From Trichoplax adhaerens (taxonomy: Eukaryota > Animalia > Placozoa): 64,000 nt of DNA. Positions 27,701 to 42,215 of this stretch are shown here, in pieces. Position 1 is the stretch's first letter; every line of letters starts with the position of its first letter. The position numbers and the translations under genes are program-made. The stretch spans positions 2,105,836-2,169,835 of the forward strand of contig NW_002060949.1 in assembly GCF_000150275.1 (NCBI RefSeq). The letters are read 5' to 3'. The notes under the pieces were generated by a model. That model worked only from the letters and a program-made list of their open reading frames with translations. It searched no databases and had not been told where the DNA came from.

Positions 27701-30700
27701 TGAACAATGAAGGGTGCTAATAATATCGTGGATCATTTATTGCATATTAATATGAAAAATCATTTGCTAAGCATCAACTAGATATAGTTTGTGCAAAATG
27801 AACGCGTTAAATATATTATCCACTGTTGTAACATTAGCTATAAGACAACTTATATAGAGAGTCTTCCCCAGCAGATCCCTACCTGAAAACCGCGACAATC
27901 AATAGACAATTTTGATGTATGCGTGTGCAGGCTGCTTTAGTTTATTTCTCTATTCCTGCAATACCTTAAAATATATATATATACACGCACGCTCTTTTCT
28001 TGTATTCAATGTATCGACTCTACTCAATAGCGATGCTAGTAGATACCGTATGACAACTAAATTATTGCTTGCTGTACTTCATATCTACTTGTACCTGTAT
28101 CCTGATGAACTATGCTTAGCCATCGCATACATTGAAAAAATAACAGAAGTAATAGCTAACTCAATAAGTATTATTACATCAGGCCTATACTTATAATCAG
28201 ACGCATCTCACAATTCAACAACGTAAAACATTACAAAACCGTGATATGTAAATAATCTTCGGTCTCCTAAGCAATAGATAGCCATTTATTCTTAGTATCG
28301 TAAGATAGAAGTAAGTAGTCATTTTTTATAAGATTTTTTTTAATTTCCCGCTTTTACTAGAATTTCAAAGCTGTAACGTATGTACACGTAACAGTAGTTT
28401 ATAGTGTTATATTTAATTATAGCTTAACTGTCGCACAATTATATTAATAAATGACGTACCTATTAATGATTATAATTTAATTATTAGCCAGCTAGCTTAT
28501 AGCTAGACCAATTTTTGGAATAGGATCTATGATACGCAAAGAACCTATTAAATGATTCCGCTTTCTTTAATTGCATTGAGATTGGAGTTAGATTGATTAT
28601 TTTTTATTATTTAATACATGATTAGCAGATACCATTCCTTTATACTATACTAATGGGTACAGAGTTTACCTAATTCCATATGCTAATAGCTATCCAGTTT
28701 TACTATCCTCTATCAATTTTACTATCGTATAGTAAAGGCATAAATAGAATATCAGCTATAAAGTGTAAAATTAGCCAATTAAGTCTTGCGTAAATTACGG
28801 TATGGCTATCATCAGCATACGTACCCGCACCAATAGAACACTACTCGTATTTCGCAGAGCTATTAAATTATTTATCATAAACAATAAAATAAAGTACTCG
28901 TAGATGTATCTTTAGATACGCTCAATTCAATATTGATATGACATTACACAGAATATATTGTTATAATAGTCATAAAGGATTTGTAGCTCAAATATATCTC
29001 TATATAAAGTATTGCAAGTTATCATTTCATTGGTATAAAGATTTAATAACGTGAAGATCATCCGCTAGATACATTATCATAACAGACTAGAAATGGAATG
29101 AATTCATTTTTAATCTCGCGCATCACACTCTAATACACAATGTTATGCACAATATTAATGTTCTCGAGTGGCAATTTATATATGATACCTGTATATAGGT
29201 TAGTTCTAGGGGATCCTAGCCATCAGTTACGAGAATAATCAAGATAGCACTAATAAACATGCTTTAGTACACTTTCAGTTTTAGCAGTTAGTAAATGACA
29301 CTCATCTTATTAGATATCTTTCTATTGCGTATAGCAATACTTTATTATGTAATCAATAAAAATTCGATTGTTAGTTTATTTTTATTTACGTATAGTCTCT
29401 ACTATTATAAGCTAATTTGCACTAGCTTTAACAAGAGGTACTTACTAGACGTACATTAATAAGTCAAAACCATAAAAATATTTAATAATTATCATTAGCA
29501 TAGTACAATCGAATGAATGTGTCCGATGCAATATACTGATAGTTTTACTGTCACAGCTAGTTGCAGAGATAGGATTTATTGTTTATTGTTGTTGTCATTT
29601 TGCCTGTGCTCGGAGAATCGCCGAAAATTTATTGTTTTTATTGCGGACTATGTCGAATTCAATTCTCCTCTTTAAATTCACTGTTTTTAGTAACTAGTAT
29701 CAGTTTAATTCGTTCAATGGCTATTGTGTTTCATGTTAAGCCTTAATAGCGATATATGTACAGTTCATTCAGTATATCCCTTATGATCCTATTGTAATCT
29801 GTCTTTTACAAGTCAAAAGCATTTATAATGCGCTTAACTTTCAAACAACTAAATTTAACCAAATAATAACTATTTACTAATACACTTCATCTCCTCTTAT
29901 TCGTAATTAACCATTATCGTAGATAAAGAAAACGATTTTATATGCGGTCAAGTAAATACAATCAATATAAATTGACGTCATTCCTACTGGACATATTATG
30001 ATCATGTACAGATGTAGTCATAGATTAAGATTTACTGATATTCACATCATTGCCAATCCATAATAGTCTGTAAGAGTCCATTTCTTGTTGTTTTACTAGC
30101 TAATCCAGTATGTCTCGTATAGAATGGTTAAAAAATGATAACGCTATAAGACCTTAAAGATAGTTTGTAATCTGTAAATTTATACCGTATCAGTCTCGTA
30201 GCAAATCAGAGTCAACATAACGTAGAACAATTATCTGTCGCTTTAAAAACGTTAAAAGTTATATTATCCTTGCGTTATAATATATTCTATAATCTAAACC
30301 GGATAAGAACACAACAGGATGTTGATTAAAATTTGTCAACAAAGAACTTTAGGTACCGTAACTATCGTACAGCTAACGCTATCAAAAACTACCGCAATGC
30401 CCGTCACAATTTAGTCGCCAATGTTAACATGCAACAATAATATCCTAGCAATGTCTTGGTTGTAAACTTGTACTAGTAAACATCTTTTAACAATAAAATT
30501 TCTATAACATGGTGCAGTTGTCATCAATAATCATTACAGCCGTTACTATTAAACCTGTATTGATTTATGTTTAGCTCTATATACTATTGATTTATTTCGC
30601 CTTATTGAATACACTCTCACTACACACCCATCTGTGATTGTCATCGAAAACAAAAGCCTATTATGAGAAAGGAAAGCCATGTCTATCAAGCTATATTTAC

Positions 30701-33700
30701 AACCAATTTCAATAATTTAAAATAATAATAATAACAGTTGCTAACGTAAAATGGCTACCAAGATTCTAAAAATAGTATCGCGTTAAAGTTTTCCTTGTGC
30801 TTAGTTAGCGTCCCCTTAAATTATGAATCAATACTGTACTATTCGTAACTAAAATTGACTACAGTAAATAGCAAACCTAATTAATATCAAATTCCAATAT
30901 TACTTACCCGACTAAAGTAGTCGTTATGATAGGATAGTAAAGTTAACTTATAAATGTCTACCGTTATATAATTAAAAGATGAAATTAAAAAGTCCAAGCA
31001 AATACAAATGTAAATCTAATCATTTCTCAATTTTTTATCCAACGAACAAGTACGATGCACCTGCTGCCACAATAGCGGCAATCAAATAAGTAGTAGGTAA
31101 TAAGGGTAACTCAACAAAGTAAGCACTATCCCGAAAAATAGAGTGTTATTTAATAAATAATTTACTCGACACGTTATCCATCATCCATTTGAAACAGAAA
31201 TTGACGATTTTCTTGTAAATTCAAAGTTTCTACTGTTCAAAGTTGACAACAAACCAGTATTAGTATAAAGACAACGGAAGTTAGACAATAAATTCTAATC
31301 CAATTTTGATGCATTCATAAAACGGCCATTTATTGCGTATAAAGACGATTTATATTAACATCCACAGATGTGCATTACTATATTGAATTAGAAAAGAAAT
31401 TCCAGCTGTTAACGATGATCAGGCGATGTTAATTGACAATAGCCCATTGATCAGATGTTTTAATTTAAAGCCTGGATGTAGCAAGGCTCCATGAAGAGTA
31501 ACATACGAAAAGTATGTTTTGAAACAGCGAATCATTCTTTTATCGTTATTAATTGCCTACTTCTTATTAGCTTTAATAATGATAAATTGTAGTGCAGAGT
31601 ATCAAAGATGATTTTTACATCACGGTGAATGATCGCTAAAATACAACAGAAACTTTATGCTATCGAAATAACTAACGATAGGGATCATTAATCTGCTACG
31701 GATAATTAAGTATCTATCACCAAATTTCACTAAAAATAGTGCTACTGTATAAACATCCCTTTCGTGTTCTATGGTGAAATATACAATCCCTTTATTAATA
31801 TCTACTATGGTACAGTATATTTATCCTATACGAATAAATAACCATGATCGATGTATTTGCTTCGTACTGATAATGGACTTAAAGATCTTCCTGACCTCTT
31901 TAATCTAATATCTATTTTCAATAAGTTATTTATTTTGAAATATAAATAGATACATACAAAATAAGATATTAAATACTATCAGAATATTGCATGATAGCGT
32001 TCTATCACACCAGTATAAATAATAGTAAAACTAGGTAAAAATATGAACGGAATTATAATATTTATTATCTGATTATATATTTTCAAAATTATACTATTTA
32101 GTCGAAAGATTGCATTTTGTTGACATTAAAAATGTTCTTTTATCGATTATGATATCGCAGTATTCAGTTCTAAAATAAATTATATGAATTTGCTATGTCA
32201 GCAAACCTAAGAATGTTAGATTATTGATTAGCGTCATATCTACAGAAAAGAAGCCTATTAAAATGGAATTCTTTACTGACAATCAAATCTATTAATCGAT
32301 GACTCCAATATACATGCTATACTCTGTGTAAAGGAAATAGGGATTTGAAACATCTTTTCGTTAATCCATTTAATGATCCATTTTTTAAGTATTTCATGGT
32401 CACAATACTTCAATATTATTCACCTAGAGTGCCATATTAATTTTTCATTTATAGTATTGTACAATAGTTCGAGACAATGAACTAAACAGAAATTTGGCTT
32501 AGTAATCAACGAATAAGTAAATTTGATAATCAAATTTGTAGCATTTTGACCTGTTACGTATCATAGATTTAGATAATGGTGTAAACTTATCTTTCATCGC
32601 ACGCTATTAGGATAAAGTATCATACTACAGATACAGTGGTGATCACCTCTTTCACGTTTGATTTAACAATTGTATAAAATTATATATACGCTGGAAATGC
32701 ATATATGCGAGTAATTATACTGCGTTAAAGGCTCCTTGTAGTGCATAAGTTCTTAACCCTATTACTTATTAAGACATATAGTACATTTTTAGTTCTACAC
32801 TGCATACTATAATTGTATTTCCTAACACATAGCCAGTGTAATTAGCTCAAATCATTACCTATTGTCGTATGAGTTGATTCAAGTACAGTACCACAAACTA
32901 CCCTTCTGAATTATATACCATATTAAATGATCAATATTTCATTGACTTGAGAATACACTTATATTGTATTTATTTCTAGACAGGATACGGTAGTTATTTG
33001 GCTGTAATAACACAACAATGAATGAAATATGGCAATAAATGTTGATCATATGAAACCTAAGTATGGCACTGTACTAGCAATAAGTCTTGATAGTATTTCT
33101 TAGGTACAGCATAATTTAGGGTAACATTATATAATATAACACATTGTAATGATAAAAAATTTAATCTTTGATAATATACATTAACGCCTGATTATTAATT
33201 ATTGAATGCCATTTATTATAACTATAGGCGTTGTCGCATATCAATTATTATAATCCTGTCATATTACTTTTATTGCTGGAATAGACTTCAATTTTAATGT
33301 TTACTAAACTAAATTACTTCTGGGGCAATCTAATCATATTCTTTAGAGTTGGTACAATCTGTCAGCTAGTAAAGTTCGGGTTTAGTCTTATTTGATAATA
33401 ACAATAATCATGGTGTGACTCATGTGGTGAGATTATGATACCACCCGATAAAGTCAATATAATTAGAAGTCTTTTACATCTGATCAAGTTTATGTGAATT
33501 ACTGCACAGATAGTTCCTTAATAAGTAAAACAAGTCATTACATATAAGAAAGAAGAGGGCGAGGCTGTGACGTAGTATTGCATAATGATAAGTCCATTAT
33601 AGATGCGAACAGTAGGATGCGCATTAATTCGAGACTTGATGATTATGCCACCGCTTAACAACTTTTAAAAATTGCATGGCATTTTAGCAGTGTATCATTG

Positions 33701-36700
33701 TTATAGGAAAGAGTTTGTGAAGATTAATAGTCGTGGTCACTGATTACTTCTAGAATAGTCAAAGAGTATTCTTAGGCGTGTATGAAACCTCTCTGTTATG
33801 AATGTTAGGCATATGAGTAAGCCTAATTTAACAGTTACTCGGAAAAGAGTTAATTCCTTCATTATAACTTTTCACCGGTGCTATAAATTTTATAAATTAA
33901 AAGTTCAATGTAGGATATAGCGTTCAGCTAGGAGAGACATCGCAAGTTCAATAAACTAAATATCGGAATAATGTCATAATCCATACACTAATTATTATTA
34001 TCATCTCAGATAAATTACTTTATATAAAAATTATATAGCTTCTGTTGGTAGATTTAAATTTGACAACCCCTACTATTACTCATCGGGGCGGCACACCTTC
34101 TTTTCTCTTCATATCTAGCTAGCTACAGTACTATGTACGCTAGGAAGGTCAGGGTTATAAGCCATCATGGCATGATAGGTAGCTCGCGTTGATGGGATGT
34201 TCAAACATCAGAAAGGAAATTAATTACTGCAAACTCCGTCCCTCAAAACACTTAAGTAAGCGATGACTTCCGCAGTCTCATCAATAAACTTAGAATTATA
34301 AGATATAATAAAGCAGCGACGATGATAATACTTAAAAGCTGTTTCACACTATAAAAAATTTTTAATATTGACATATAATTTGTGAAACTTTTCAATCAAA
34401 ATAACTTTAATTTAACCATAACTACGGATTTAAAATCAACATGGTGAAATCTGGCGTCATGTTGTGTTGAAAAATTATAGGTATGGGCAACTTTAATTAA
34501 TGTGCGCATCTTGTACTACAATAGATAATCCTTAATTGCAGATTATGTCGATCATATGGAATAATATCTTTACTTGTCCGTTTATTTCGTAACTATTTCT
34601 AGTAAGCACAAACACTACATAGTACACGAGTGTTTAGATATAGTAATAAATTTTCAGTTTACGTTTAGAGCGTTTATCATCTTGTGATATGTAGTATGCC
34701 ATTCGTAATAACAAAATTTTAGTCTCCTCTACTCCGCCTACAGTGTATGAGTTCAATAGGTCACCAACCAAGATACTCAATCAAAACTAATAGTGGATAG
34801 TACAAGGTCTATCATCGATATACAAGATATAAGAAATAAGGTATCACTTCCTTGCTGTTGATTTCCAGTTAGGTCATATAATGAAAAAAGTTACGAACTA
34901 CAAACATCGGGCCAAAATAATAACTGAAAAAATACAATAGAAAATGGTAGTTTTTAAACATCATAGAAGTTTCACATGTCATGCATATTTTTCGTAATTC
35001 AGATGCAAATGAAATATTAATATCAAAGCAGTTGAGTAAATTAGTCTAGTTATTTAATAAAGGACAAAATCTATCAATTATGCTATTGAAAATACATAAT
35101 GACAACAGCAATAGAGTTATGCAACTAATTTAAATTATTGGCATCATTCCCTAATATCTTAGCTTAGCTCTAAGAGTTTTAATTCTCCTTTGAAAAGCTT
35201 TCAAATTAATACTTGTATCGATATTTATCTATATCTACTTATATTTCTTAATAATTCTGCTATACATGCTAATTGGCAATCTAGTATACTTCAAGCACGC
35301 ATTTTTGTTGTTGGATACAGAATAAAGTCGTTAGGTTCGAGACTGGTACTGCCGTATGATATGTTGTCGGCTTATTCCGTGGCTAAGTAAACAAACGATG
35401 TTCTAAAAGCGGCTCCTCCCTAATATTTACTCGCATAAATGTCAGTCATAGTCTTATAACCTTGTGATAGGAAATAGTTTAAATAAACGGCAGCCCATAG
35501 CAAATATAACATAGTCATTTAGCAGTGACCGGAGCATCTAACGATACCTTCAAAAACGCCCATGAAAGGATAAAACGCGTAGTTCTAGGTTTTTCACTCG
35601 TCTTATTTCACTGTACAGGTGTGGTAAAATCAATGCAATTATCCATCACATTTTTGTAAGAGTATCACCGTAGCCTTTCTGAAGAATAACGTATATTATC
35701 GATTTGAATGTATCAAATATATGAAATTTTAACTTTGAATGTTGTAAAAATATTATTGAAACATTCTTTAAGAGAACGCTCATTCTGATTGCATTATTCA
35801 TATTTAAATCCTGTCAATCATGTGCACAGGTAGATATCATTGAGCAAACACAACCATTATTTTTCATTTCGTTTCCGTCTTGCTATTCCACATAGAATGT
35901 GGGCTGAAGTTGCAGTATAATTTCTGCAATTAATTAATTTAATAATTTGCAAAATTTAGCTTGTCGATAAACACTTCCATCTGATCTACTACTATCCACA
36001 ATAAATAAAAATCGTTTTAAAATAGCTCAGCACATGCATAAAAAATAAAACATATGCTAATGTAAACAAGATTAATAACTGGCATACTTTTATTCTAAAG
36101 TACAGGTATGTTGGGAATCAAAACAGTAATGTGTTACTTCTATACGCCGCCTACTCTACTATTTAGTTCTCATAACAAAGAATCGTAGACGAAACCGCTA
36201 TGCTATTTTACTTCAATTTGCTATACGAGAAACTATGCAGAATTAATTAATGATCATTCTCGATGAGTCATGAAAGTTAAATATATAAATTTATATAGAT
36301 TAATACTAACTTTACGATCTACAGTATCATGCTGAATAATAGGATAAATTAGTAAATTATTTCATTAATTTAATAAATCGACAATGCAGTTAAACCCAGC
36401 TATAATTGCTATCTTCATTTTGCAAGCTTTTAAGTGTCAAACTGCGAGCACCGATACGCCCTTAAGACTTATAAATCCTTATTACATACAAACTGGTTTA
36501 AAATTGGTTTTTATAATGCAAATTAATGTATTACTCAATTCTAGAGGTCTAAATTCAGCTAAGTAGCAAAGCTCTTTGTATGTAACTAAATTTCGTCCGT
36601 ATGTAAACGTATGAGTATACTGTTACAAGATACTATCTGATGCATTAGAAGCTATTTAAATGGATACACATTCTATCAGAGGCATAAAATATATTCTCTA

Positions 36701-39700
36701 CTCCGTGATGTGTTTATAAAGAATTTCTTGGATTAAATTTAGTAGCCCTAAGTTGTAATATTCTATTAATTAGGAGCGGTATCTAATATTTCCACACCTA
36801 TAACATTATGAATGCTTGGCGACACAATAATGTATTTCCCATTTAGATAAATACTATATGTAGAGAAGTACGATAGATTTCTATTTCATATCTCATTGAT
36901 CTGTATGCTGAATTAGACTGCTAGTTTAGTATGTAATAAAGTTAATGCCGTGTATTAAAAAGCTTAGCGAATATTATAATATAGATCAAACCAACAATCT
37001 CATATTCGATTACTTCCAGTTAAAAGTTTTCGCTGAATTGTCATAAGCAAGGACTTCCATCGTATTTCAGTTTTGAGATTAACCGGCTAAGTTGTAAAAT
37101 ATAATAGCTAGATCATTATCAACTCAAACAGTCTCGATAGCGTGGGTATCTTCTTGGGTGGCATATTAAAAAGCTCCTTTAATCTAGGCATCATAGTGAG
37201 ATTGTATAATATCCAGCTATCACTCCATGCCTTCAGTATCCATAAGTAATTGCATTATTCTGAAGTAATTTGATCTAAAGAAGAGGACTTTCTTATCATG
37301 CTAACATTACGGCACTCAACACAATCTTAACACTAACAATATTCTGGATAGCAACCGGCTGTTAGGATACATGTTGATTACTAGTATCTATAGTTGTAGC
37401 TCGAAGCTACGGATAGCCAAGTTGGCATACTAAATAAATCGTGTACGACTGTATGCAAACTTTGAAGATATCTTAATAGTATCCAATCAAGGTGTGGTCA
37501 TGACCCGTATTTTATTATTACGTTGTTAAGGAATTAACTTTTGTATATTATGTGATCTCGGGAGAAATGGTAAAGGGAGTATACGGTATGGCAACAATGA
37601 TGATTGAAGCAATTATGTGATCGCGACGACATTTGTCTTGATGAACAATTATGTCGGGAATGCCCGCAGGCTTTACCTCTTACTGTTGGCGCCGTTAATA
37701 GCGCATTATTACAACATTACAACACTACAACCGATGATGCAGATAGCAATTTAAGAGCTATGTATTTGCATTAATATATGGCCAGATGTATCCGTAACTA
37801 TAATGGGATAATACACTTTTAGCTTAAAATTAATAGGTAAATTAAGGAAGTTTTTCAAGATAGGATAAGAAATTTTCATAGCCTAAATATAGTTGTCGCA
37901 AGTTTCGGGTTTTTAAATTGGTGGGTACTACAATTTTTTACCACTATGATTTTATACTATTATTAAACGAGTAAAATAGCTAAATATAATCTTCATAATA
38001 AAAAATTTACGTAAGACTTGATGTTGTTTATAATATTTTTCATCGTGTATAATAGAATGTTTCATCTACTATATTAAACGAATGACAAGCATTACGCCTT
38101 ATATTTTTGTATAGACAAGTACAATGATCTAAAATGATTTACTTCACCTTTGTTCCGAAGTTAAGTAGTAAAAGGATGGCTATTAGTACAATATAGCACA
38201 GCTTTTAATGCTTTAAAATATATACTTGTACAAATCCTGATAAGATAGAATTTTATCCTCTTTAATGTTGGTAGTCAAGGCGAAATTCTCAGGCATAAAA
38301 CTACTCTACAGTAAATTACTTTTTGCCTATATAGATTGTCCCTCCACTATATTTGTGATACCCTCAAGGCCTTATTAATAAAGCCATATGATATTTATAT
38401 TACAACTATCATCCGTGTTACTTTATTCTTTAATATTTAAGTAGTTCAACGGCAGAAAGAATCTATCAGATAGTGGCTTTAAGAAATCTGCAATGAAGGA
38501 AGTACAGTATTTATGAAATTGCCTTAAGAAGTTAGCGATGACGTTAAAAGGCAATAATAAAATGCGTAGGACTTCAAAACATTGGCCCAAATTGCTTTAT
38601 TGACTGAAATCATAAAAGAAAACTTAAACGCTATAAATATAAAATTCGCGCCAGAAGTTGTTTACAACGTTCAAGAGGACAATTCAATAATTATGCTTCT
38701 GTTGGCGGTAGTGAATCGACGATGATGGTTAACAGAATTGATATACGGTTTATTAATATCATTGTCAGTAAAGAATGATAATGCCTAATACTCCAAATGT
38801 CTACAGATAGATCTCATTCACTATTTGAAAATATATTATTGACGATCTTCTTTTTATGTATTAGTCGCGTGATCTCTAGATTGACTAGATAGAATAGGAC
38901 GAAAATAGTTGATGATTGTCACAAGACAACAGAGGATTATCAAGGACAATAATAGCGAATTTTAGTAGTAGAACATGATGGATCAATCGTAATTCATAGT
39001 AAATTACTATAAGCACAACATCGAAACTACTCTAATTCTTTTTACTATTTTCCTACAACCAGGTGTCTACCATAATGACGATCAGGTGATATTCAACAAT
39101 AACGCAATAGTTTGAGTAGAGTAAAAAAATGGTATCTATATGAGCGCTACTTATTAGGTATAACTTATTCATGTGACCGGATACAGAGGAAATAGGAATA
39201 TAATATTAACTAAATCATCACAGCTGCAAGCTGTAATACAATATTTAATTAGTAACTTCCATGCCCGTTACATATAAACATATAAGACTAATTTATAATC
39301 ATCAATAATACCTAATAAACTAAAGTACATACTTCTTTGAAACATAGCGTCGTCATTTACCAGTATTTATCAACAAAAATCATTTTACGCTAATAATTGT
39401 AGACATTTAGTTGAATGCAAAGAATCTATTTGTATCTCACAATAATTCTACATTTATAAATTATTTCTATTAAAGTCAAATGGAGTAGTGATGCCATCGT
39501 AGGAGATATAAACAGGAAATACCTACAAAAATTCATACCAGTCATATTTCCAATTTTACAAATAAAATAAAATATATGCAAAAATGCAACAATAATGCAC
39601 TTTCATAAATTTTCTTTTTATCTTATTTATTAAATTACCGCACTTTTTCAATATCGACAGTTTAAGTACTGAAATCGCGTATTTATATAGAAATAGATTC

Positions 39701-42215
39701 TGCGGTAAATAATTCACATTAAAAAATAAAAAGATAAAAACTATTAATCGAATAATAAATAATATATTTAACAATTTTTAAATTTCATATGACGTCAATA
39801 AAAGATTAATACCACCGGAGATAGACTTGATAATCTTTTTAGTTAATAATGTTAATATACCAATTAAAATAGGCTTCTGCATTTAATGTATTCTCTCCTG
39901 TATCAATACTTAAATATAAGATGACAACCAACAATTAACCATTTGCTTAATGACATATCACTATTCTATGACTTATCCTATTCGTCATTTTATTAATATT
40001 GACGATACGTTATTACATTAAAAAATTTTGCTTTAAAAGGATGTCAATTATCACCTCTAAGAAAGTGAAAATTCGAATATATTCAGACAATGAATAAATT
40101 AATAATCAGTTTAAGGTTGTATTTAGATAGTGCTGTATTGATTAATAAGTAATAATTATGTTCTTGATAGCATGTAGAAAATAGTAATACTAAATAAACT
40201 TGGTTTTGTAACATTCTAATATATTAAATCTTACTATGAAATTGAAGCTAATCGTAAAAATTTACTATATCTGGCCACAATCGAGTAGAAAGTCCTGAAT
40301 ACAATTATGCATATAGTCCATGAAGTGCAAACCGTACTGCATGAGCTTCTATCTTAATGTGCAAACATATTGGGCTTGATCAAGCATAAGGTCTTGTAGC
40401 CAACAAATACTTAATCCAATAAGTAAATCCAGCTCTCATTGTTTCCAAATGCCGACAAACTATGTCATACGTTTAATAGAGTATTCAACTATTGTACTTA
40501 TTCCAAAATTAAAAATCTGAAATTTAAAATTAACTAGCCTCACTTATAATAAAGTATCGAATATAGGTAGAGTAGAAAAATAACTGCTGAAATCTTTAAG
40601 CAGAAGTGAAATCATAAATAGACAATATAAATCAAAGATTAAAAATTCGAGCTATTTATAAGGGAATTCTTGTAAATACACATATCCGTATATGAATTTT
40701 AGTCTATTACGAAAGCATGGCTTTTGAAAATATTAAGCGGTAAAGTATACTATTAGATTGATAAATATTTTTAAATAACAGGAACTTAACACTCCATTTT
40801 ATTAATATGCATAGATTGAATTCGTATGGACACCGCCGTTGAGACATAATTGGACTTAATATACTGAAATAAAGAGTCTGGTAAATTTTGAAGGCGAAAA
40901 CCCACAAAATTGTATAGTTATTTCATTTCACTATTTTAAACTCATAAAATACCACTGGTTTATTATGTGGGAAAAGTTCAAACGTTCAGTAAATTATCTT
41001 TGTAAATATAGATCAAATCAATGGAAGAAGTAAATCATAATATAATAGGGTAAAGTAGATTGATTATTACTATGAAGCTAGAAAGAATTTTTTATTTCTG
41101 TCTTTCAGTTCTGTTGATTCGTTTACAATAATAAGTAATAGTAAACGCACCTACATCTACTGAGGTAGTTATAACCAAGTACGGCTTTCTAGCTTCTGTT
41201 AGTATTTCTAACAGATCTATCTCTTGAATTCCTATAAATTTAACTTTATTATTCTATTGATTTCTGGATGAGTTAAATTACAACAAAAACATAAAAGATT
41301 CATTGCAAATAAAAGTAGATCATAAAATCTACTTTTAACATTCAGCGGATTATCAAATGTAAAATTGACAGACTAAATCTATTGAGGTAGAAAATTTATA
41401 TTAAAATGGAAAATAGCAAGGTCTTAGTGTGTATTAAGATTTTCATACATCTATAGTCATGATCGCTGATAGTTCAGCAATCAGTACAAGATACAAATCG
41501 TAATAAAGAATTTCAATCTGTAATTCTACATGACATAAAAAAGTATATCAATACAAGAATACAGCTGTATGACTGTCAAAGTGTTATAAAATATACTATA
41601 TTAGAGCAAAGAAGAGATACCAAAATGCAGTTGATAGTAGAATAAAAATATCGATAATACGCATATGTATATAATATGCACATGTACTAATACACTTGGA
41701 CATTTATATTCATATAAAGATGCAACATATGCAAGAATATATGTATATATATATTTATAAAAGAAAATAGATGATGATATAACATCATAAGATAATAAAA
41801 ACGAAAAGAAATATTTAATTAGATGATTATGGAAATACAGTGAACTAGTTACATGAAACATTGATTATCTACAAGCCATTTGCACCGAATGGACGATGCT
41901 ATGATACAGTTCAATACGAAAATAAATTCCTTTAGTTAGAATTATAAATTTGTAACAAATATAGTTCTATGTTATATGTATTCAAAAGGTTAATGTCAAT
42001 GCCAATATCGTAGAAGTGTTATACAAGATTGTACGATGTGATATCTGTACAACTTGTATTACAAGAATATCATAAAATAAAGTTTGCTTGGCATGAAAAT
42101 TGATAAATTTTGTCTGTCCTTCTATCTAATTAAGTAATGGCATTGATGAAGAATGTCCGAGCATGTAATGGTTATGAGGTGTTCTATTTTCTAGTTAACT
42201 TTTCACTGAAATATT

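Noticed and set aside
30908-31190. Candidate signal-peptide exon for the LDLR-family gene
   Set aside because: In-frame stops and no usable ATG; a better exon exists at 24762-24678.
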